From NCBI GenBank assembly GCA_958296135.2, contig CATQHZ020000001.1:160001-224000 (forward strand): a DNA stretch of 64,000 nt. Reading direction: 5' to 3'. Below, one piece after another: positions 57,884-64,000 of this stretch (positions are counted from its first letter, which is position 1; the number at the start of each line of letters is the position of its first letter). The notes beneath the pieces are model-generated. The model was not told the origin of the DNA, made no database searches, and worked only from the letters and a program-made list of their open reading frames with translations. The position numbers were made by a program, and so were the translations under genes. Origin of the DNA: an uncultured Poribacteria bacterium. GTDB taxonomy: Bacteria > Poribacteria > WGA-4E > WGA-3G.

Positions 57884-58553
57884 TGTAGCGCGAGGACCAA
57901 TCCCCCGCGAGTGCCGTTCTTCGTCCCGTAGCGCGAGGGCCCGGCGATCGCAAATCGCCGAGGGTTTCCCTCGCGATCCCCCGACCTGAGCGAAAACCGT
58001 CCGCATCCCCGCGGCCCCTGCCGTTTTCTGGTGCGATCGATGCCTGGCGAGGGACAGGCCCTCGCCCTACGGTATCAATGGCTTGTTCTGTTCCGTAGGG
58101 CGAGGGCCCGGCGATCGCGAATCGCCGAGGGTTTCCCTCGCGATCCCCCGACCTGAGCGAAAACCGTCCGCATCCCCGCGGCCCCTGCCGTTTTCTGTGA
58201 CGCTCGCTGCCTGGCGAGGGACAGTGGACATCTCTGCAGCGAGGCGGCAGAGATGACAACGTTTCGGCGTGACGGCCCTCGCCCTACGGTATCAATGGCT
58301 TGTTCTGTTCCAGAGCGCGAGGGCCCGGCGATCGCGAATCGCCGAGGGTTTCCCTCGCGATCCCCCGACCTGAGCGAAAACCGTCCGCATCCCCGAGGCC
58401 CCTGCCGTTTTCTGGTGCGATCGATGCATGGCGAGGGACAGTGGACATCTCTGCAGCGAGGCGGCAGAGATGACAACGTTTCGGCGTGACGGCCCTCGCC
58501 CTACGGTATCAATGGCTTGTTCTGTTCCAGAGCGCGAGGGCCTGTCCCTCGCA
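57884..58553. repeat. Tandem REPIN-like composite repeats (3 units)
   Basis: Left REP with cargo B, conserved spacer, right REP with or without cargo A, linker tatcaatggcttgttctgttc. Confidence 0.9.
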
Positions 58554-58619
58554 ATCCCTCCACCTGAATGGCGGTTAATGCTATTATACCTTAAATCGGC
58601 AGCATTTACCAAAAAAATC

Positions 58620-58648
58620 TTGACATTTTCGTCACACTTTGCTAAAAT
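58620..58648 (+). promoter_or_regulatory. Sigma70 promoter of EF-G paralog
   Basis: TTGACA-17-TAAAAT with TG extension. Confidence 0.65.
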
Positions 58649-58687
58649 AGATTAGTTTAATAGCAAAAGGAGAAATTTTTAACCCGC

Positions 58688-60757
58688 ATGAAACAATACA
58701 GGACGGACCAGATCCGAAACATTGGCATCATCGCGCACTCCGGCGCGGGCAAGACATCCCTCGTTGAAGCGATGCTCTTCAACGGGGGAACCATTGAGCG
58801 CATGGGTGCCGTCGATAACGGAAATTCCGTTGCGGACTACGCCGACGACGAAATCGAACGCAAAACGACTCTCAACTGCTCCGTGTGTATCGCCGAGTGG
58901 GAAGGACAGAAACTCAATCTGATTGATACCCCCGGCGCAGCGGATTTTTACGGAGACCTGCACAGCGTCCTACGCATCGTCGATGCCGTCATCGTCGTCG
59001 TTGATGCAACAACCGGCGTTGAAGGCGGAACTGAAAAGGTCTGGGAGATAGCCGATAAGTATGAACTGCCACGGCTGATCTTTATCAATAAGATGGATAA
59101 AGAGAACGCCAGCTTTGAAAACGCACTCGCAAGCATCGAGGAGATTCTTGAGACACGGGCAGTCCCGATCCAACTGCCGATTGGGGAAGAGGCGCAGTTT
59201 TCGGGCATCGTTGACTTCGTGCAGATGGGCGCATTCCTGCAACCCGATAGCAGCAAGCGCACCGCCAAAACGGACATTCCAGAACCACTCGTAGCACCAG
59301 CCGAAGAAGCACGCGAAGCACTCGTGGAAGTCGCCGCCGAAAGCGACGACGCGCTAATCGAAAAGTTTTTTGAAGGCGAACTCTCCGACGAAGAAATTCA
59401 GACCGGCCTAAAAATAGGAATTTTCGAGAACCAGTTTGTCCCCGTACTCTGCGGCTCCGCCTTGGAGAATATCGGCGTGCAGCAAGTCATGGATATGCTG
59501 ATTAACTGCCTCCCGTCGCCCGTGGATGCCGGCGCAGTTGAAGGCATTGCTGATTCCGAAACGCGCGAACCCTCCACCGATGAACCGATGGCAGCCTTGG
59601 TGTTCAAAACCATCGCAGACCCGTTCGCGGGGCAATTGAGCTTCTTCCGCGTCTACTCCGGCACATTGCACGGAGATTCCCAAGTCAGCAATTCAACACG
59701 GGAACAGATAGAACGCCTCGGCAAGACAACGTTCATGAACGGGAATAGCCCGATTAACACGGCGCACGTCCAAGCAGGCGATATCGGCGCACTGACGAAA
59801 CTCTCTGTCACCCAAACCGGCGATACACTCTGTGATAGAGATGCACCGATTCAGCTACCCGGTGTTGAGTTCCCGCCATCGGTTATCTCTTACGCCATCC
59901 GGCCGACACGCGATGGCGAAGATGAAAAAATGATCAGCGCGCTCACCCGCATGTCCGAAGAAGACCCGGTTTTCAGAATCGAACGCGACGAAGAAACGAA
60001 GCAACTCCGCATCTCCGGACTCGGGGACCTGCACCTCACCGTCAACCGCGCACGGATGACTGATAAGTTCGGCGTGCAAACAGAGCTCTCGCCACCGAAA
60101 GTACCGTATCGCGAGACAATTCGCCGAAGCGTCCGGAACATCAACGGCAGACATAAACGGCAGTCTGGTGGTAGAGGGCAATTCGGCGATGTCTGGATTA
60201 ACCTCGCACCGGCTCAGCGCGGCGAAGGATTTGAATTTATCAATAACATTGTCGGCGGCTCCATTCCGCGCAACTATATCCCCGCGGTTGAGAAGGGCAT
60301 CCGTGAAAGAATGGAGCGAGGACTTGTCGCCGGGTATCCCGTGGTAGATCTCCAGATCGACCTTTACGATGGCAAGCATCACCCGGTGGACTCATCAGAT
60401 ATGGCGTTCCAGATCGCTGGTTCTATCGCCTTTGCGGAGGCAGCGGAACAGTCAGACCCGGCATTGCTGGAGCCGATCATGAACGTCACGATTACGGTGC
60501 CGGAGCAATTTATGGGGAGCATCATCGGCGACTTGAACGGCCGGCGTGGGCAGGTGATGGGAGTGGAGCAAATAGGCAAGCGGCAGGTAATCCAGGCGCA
60601 TGTACCGTTAGCGGAGATGCTTCGTTACTCGATCGACCTGAAATCGATGACGAGTGCGCGTGGCAGTTTCACGATGGAATTCGCGCGTTATGAAATCGCG
60701 CCGGATGATGTGGCGCAGAAAGTGATTACTGCTTCAAAGGCTGAAGCGGAGGAGTAA
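58688..60757 (+). CDS. fusA: Elongation factor G paralog (EF-G2-like)
   Basis: AHSGAGKTS, DTPGAADF, NKMD, PYRETI, QSGGRGQFG, VDSS. Confidence 0.85.
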   Translation: MKQYRTDQIRNIGIIAHSGAGKTSLVEAMLFNGGTIERMGAVDNGNSVADYADDEIERKTTLNCSVCIAEWEGQKLNLIDTPGAADFYGDLHSVLRIVDAVIVVVDATTGVEGGTEKVWEIADKYELPRLIFINKMDKENASFENALASIEEILETRAVPIQLPIGEEAQFSGIVDFVQMGAFLQPDSSKRTAKTDIPEPLVAPAEEAREALVEVAAESDDALIEKFFEGELSDEEIQTGLKIGIFENQFVPVLCGSALENIGVQQVMDMLINCLPSPVDAGAVEGIADSETREPSTDEPMAALVFKTIADPFAGQLSFFRVYSGTLHGDSQVSNSTREQIERLGKTTFMNGNSPINTAHVQAGDIGALTKLSVTQTGDTLCDRDAPIQLPGVEFPPSVISYAIRPTRDGEDEKMISALTRMSEEDPVFRIERDEETKQLRISGLGDLHLTVNRARMTDKFGVQTELSPPKVPYRETIRRSVRNINGRHKRQSGGRGQFGDVWINLAPAQRGEGFEFINNIVGGSIPRNYIPAVEKGIRERMERGLVAGYPVVDLQIDLYDGKHHPVDSSDMAFQIAGSIAFAEAAEQSDPALLEPIMNVTITVPEQFMGSIIGDLNGRRGQVMGVEQIGKRQVIQAHVPLAEMLRYSIDLKSMTSARGSFTMEFARYEIAPDDVAQKVITASKAEAEE

Positions 60758-60771
60758 GTGATTTAGCGGAA

Positions 60772-61422
60772 CGTCGCGCGGGGGCCCGGCGAGCGCGAAT
60801 CGCCGAGGGTTCCCCCCGCGATCCCCCGACCTGCCCGGAAACCGCCACTTATTACGTAGCGCGAGGGCCGTTACGCCGAAACGTTGTCATCTCTGCAGTC
60901 CCGCTGCAGAGATGTCCACTGTCCCTCGCGATCTCCCGACCTGAACGAAAAACGCCCGCAACCCAGAGGCCACGAACGCTTTCTAGTGCGATCGATGCAC
61001 GGCGAGGCACAGGACCTCGCCCTACGGTTTGAGCGGCACTTTTAGTCCCCGTAGCGCGACGGAAAACCTGTCCCTCGCGATCTCCCGACCTGAACGAAAA
61101 ACGCCTGCAGCCCAGCGGCCGCGGACGCTTTCTGATGCGATCGCTGCACGGCGAGGGCCTGTCCCCCGCGATCGCCTCTCACTACCGTAGCGCGAGGGCC
61201 TGTCCCTCGCGATCTCTCGACCTACGCGAAAACCGTCCGCAGCTCAGAGGCCCCGGACGGTTTTTCTTTAGACCGATGCCTGGCGAGGCACAGGACCTCG
61301 CCCTACGGGCTGCGGGGCCGCTTTGCTTCCGCTCATCGAAACGGAAAACGCCTGCAGCCCAGCGGCCGCGAACGTTTTTTGATGCGATCGAGCCTGGCGA
61401 GGCACAAGACCTCGCCCTACGG
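60772..61422. repeat. REP/REPIN-like composite array
   Basis: Same modules as 215-660 and 57884-58553. Confidence 0.88.
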
Positions 61423-61438
61423 TAACAGTGGCGTTTTC

Positions 61439-63985
61439 CTACTTCCGAATTACCAGCTTCCGCGTCGCCGAGAAATCTCCGGCCTGCAGCGTGTAGAAAT
61501 ACACGCCACTCGCAACCGGCTCTCCCTGTGCATTGCGGCCATCCCAATACGCGGCGCGGGACTTGCCCGAATATACGCCCGCCGGAACTTGGCCCAACTC
61601 CAAGGTGCGTACCAGTTTCCCATCCGATGCGTGAATCCTGACGGTGACCTCCGCAGCCTTTGCCAACTGATACGGTATCCACGTTTCCGGGTTAAACGGA
61701 TTCGGATAGTTGGCAAGCAGCGCGGTTTGTTTCGGCGTTAGACTTGCGAGGAGCTGCTGCAGCACGGCAATGCCGCGCCGATACACAGGGTTTGCGCTGT
61801 CCAGCCGTTGCGCCTGCGCGAGCCACTGTTGCACATCCGCCGCCCGTAGGAGAGACCTCCCGGTCTCGATTTCCCCTTGTAGGAGAGCCCTCCCTGTCTC
61901 GATGCTCCTCCCTGTCCCGATATGCCACCGCGCGAACCCCGGCGCGCCCGCTGCCTCCCCAAACGCCGCTGCCACCAACACCAAATCCTGAATGTTGACA
62001 ACGCCATCACCGTTGACATCAGCGGGATTATCTTCACTTGTCTGTCCGAACTGCGCGGCGACAAGCGTTAAGTCCAGAATGTCCACCACGCCATCGCCGT
62101 TGATATCTGCGGCGACTTGCACCGGTGTGGGTGCAGACGGTGCGATGTCCCAGAGGAGCACCGTGCCGTCCCAACTGCCAGTGGCGAGTGTGTTTCCATC
62201 GGGGCTGAACGCAACGCTCTCGACATCGTCCGTATGTCCGGTGAGTGTGTTTAGTGTGTCGCCGGTGACCACATCCCACAGACGGATGGTTTTGTCATAA
62301 CTCGCACTTGCGAGTGTGTTTCCATCTGGGCTGAACGCAACGCTCTCGACACCGTCCGTATGGCCGGCGAGTGTGTTTAGTGTGTCGCCGGTGACCACAT
62401 CCCACAGACGGATTTCTGCATAACTGCCACTTGCGAGTGTGTTTCCATCTGGGCTGAACGCAACGCTATAGACATACCAGGTATGGCCGGTGAGTGTTTG
62501 GCGTGTGTCGCCGGTGGCGACATCCCACAGCCGGATGGTGTAGTCCCAACTCGCACTTGCGAGAGTGTTTCCATCCGGGCTGAACGCAACGCTATTGACA
62601 CTAGAGGTATGGCCGGTGAGTGTGTTTAGTGTGTCGCCGGTGACGACATCCCACAGACGGACGGTGCTCCCACTCCCACTTGCGAGCGTGTTTCCATCCG
62701 GGCTGAACGCAACGCTATTGACACTAGAGGTATGGCCGGTGAGTGTTTGGCGTGTGTCGCCGGTGGCGACATCCCACAGACGGACGGTTCTGTCATAACT
62801 CGCACTTGCGAGTGTGTTTCCATCTGGGCTGAACGCAACGCTAACGACATCCCAGGTATGTCCGGCGAGTGTGTTTAGTGTGTCGCCGGTGGCCACATCC
62901 CACAGCCGGACGGTGTCGTCATAACTCGCACTTGCGAGTGTGTTTCCATCCGGGCTGAACGCAACGCTATAGACACCGCTCGTATGGCCGGTGAGTGTGT
63001 TTAGTGTGTCGCCGGTGGCGACATCCCACAGACGGACGGTGTCGTCCCAACTGCCACTTGCGAGCGTGTTTCCATCGGGGCTGAACGCAACGCTTCTGAC
63101 CCAGTCCGTATGTCCGGTGAGTGTGTTTAGTGTCTCGCCGGTGGCGACATCCCACAGCCGGACGGTGTCGTCCCCACTCGCACTTGCGAGCGTGTTTCCA
63201 TCAGGGCTGAACGCAACGCTATAGACATTGTCCGTATGGCCGGTGAGTGTGTTTAGTGTGTCGCCGGTGACCACATCCCACAGACGGACGGTGTCGTCCC
63301 CACTCGCACTTGCGAGTGTGTTTCCATCCGGGCTGAACGCAACGCTATAGACACCGCTCGTATGGCCGGTGAGTGTGTTTAGTGTGTCGCCGGTGGCGAC
63401 ATCCCACAGACGGACGGAGCCGTCCCAACTGCCACTTGCGAGCGTGTTTCCATCGGGGCTGAACGCAACGCTTCTGACCCAGTCCGTATGGCCGGTGAGT
63501 GTGTTTAGTGTGTCGCCGGTGACCACATCCCACAGACGGACGGTGTCGTCCCAACTGCCACTTGCGAGTGTGTTTCCATCCGGGCTGAACGCAACGCTCC
63601 TGACATTGCCCGTATGTCCGGTGAGTGTGTTTAGTGTCTCGCCGGTGGCGACATCCCACAGACGGACGGTGTCGTCCCAACTGCCACTTGCGAGTGTGTT
63701 TCCATCGGGACTGAACGCAACGCTAATGACAGAGCCCGTATGGCCGGTGAGCAGTGCTACTTCTTGGTAAGTTGCGGTATCGTAGAGCCAAATCCCGATG
63801 GAACTTGCAACCGCTAGCAGGGTGCCATCGGGAGAATACACAATCTCGTTGATCCAGCCTTTGCCGAGGCGTAAGGTTGCACCTTCGGGTAAGTGCCACT
63901 GTGGAGAATCTTGGGCGGTGGCGGGTGTCAGTGCCAAGGTGGCGGTTAATAGCAGGGTTAAGGTTAAAAGCGTTAATGTTTTCAT
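61439..63985 (-). CDS. Secreted WD40 protein (1 divergent + 13 near-identical repeats) with dockerin-like and FlgD/T9SS-A-like C-terminal domains
   Basis: Signal peptide, 126-bp DNA repeats, DINGDG/DVNGDG, NYPNPFNPETWIPY. Confidence 0.93.
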   Translation of the reverse strand: MKTLTLLTLTLLLTATLALTPATAQDSPQWHLPEGATLRLGKGWINEIVYSPDGTLLAVASSIGIWLYDTATYQEVALLTGHTGSVISVAFSPDGNTLASGSWDDTVRLWDVATGETLNTLTGHTGNVRSVAFSPDGNTLASGSWDDTVRLWDVVTGDTLNTLTGHTDWVRSVAFSPDGNTLASGSWDGSVRLWDVATGDTLNTLTGHTSGVYSVAFSPDGNTLASASGDDTVRLWDVVTGDTLNTLTGHTDNVYSVAFSPDGNTLASASGDDTVRLWDVATGETLNTLTGHTDWVRSVAFSPDGNTLASGSWDDTVRLWDVATGDTLNTLTGHTSGVYSVAFSPDGNTLASASYDDTVRLWDVATGDTLNTLAGHTWDVVSVAFSPDGNTLASASYDRTVRLWDVATGDTRQTLTGHTSSVNSVAFSPDGNTLASGSGSTVRLWDVVTGDTLNTLTGHTSSVNSVAFSPDGNTLASASWDYTIRLWDVATGDTRQTLTGHTWYVYSVAFSPDGNTLASGSYAEIRLWDVVTGDTLNTLAGHTDGVESVAFSPDGNTLASASYDKTIRLWDVVTGDTLNTLTGHTDDVESVAFSPDGNTLATGSWDGTVLLWDIAPSAPTPVQVAADINGDGVVDILDLTLVAAQFGQTSEDNPADVNGDGVVNIQDLVLVAAAFGEAAGAPGFARWHIGTGRSIETGRALLQGEIETGRSLLRAADVQQWLAQAQRLDSANPVYRRGIAVLQQLLASLTPKQTALLANYPNPFNPETWIPYQLAKAAEVTVRIHASDGKLVRTLELGQVPAGVYSGKSRAAYWDGRNAQGEPVASGVYFYTLQAGDFSATRKLVIRK

Positions 63986-64000
63986 TGGATTTCTCCTTTT

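Noticed and set aside
61439-63985. Diversity-generating retroelement target
   Set aside because: No reverse transcriptase or template repeat in the window, and the variation is not adenine-specific

Overview
This is a GC-rich bacterial window with no rRNA, tRNA or CRISPR array. It is most likely Ca. Poribacteria or a relative (inference from WD40/dockerin/'NYPNPFNPETWIPY' proteins, the 'AV.P.GKL..TWG.LK' C-termini and PhyH). Housekeeping and metabolic genes include a xanthine dehydrogenase-family operon with moaD, phyH, sppA, a 2-hydroxyacid dehydrogenase, a homoserine kinase, an ABC-F protein, a MarR regulator, an ECF sigma factor, ftsY, alpha-2-macroglobulin/pbpC and an EF-G paralog. Two defence-like regions lie among them. 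The first (7.3-13.6 kb) is kinase-NDT, type IIG R-M, TPR-UPF0175 and PIN. The second (21.5-36.7 kb) holds four mosaic AAA paralogs (three complete with a nuclease tail), an HsdR_N-nuclease/4TM/coiled-coil protein with a vWA lipoprotein, XPB/DUF790 and an MTase-Mrr fusion. Both DNA methyltransferase genes are frameshifted exactly at G9 tracts, suggesting phase variation. Other highlights are a diheme Cyc2-like cytochrome-porin next to a P460-like cytochrome, a TnpA-less IS607-like tnpB element, and a pervasive GTAG-REP-like repeat family. These repeats carry nested expandable cargo, sit in-frame inside genes, and in places supply stop codons. A separate recurring leader element supplies the RBS of two unrelated genes. 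All family calls come from motif recognition by eye, not database searches.
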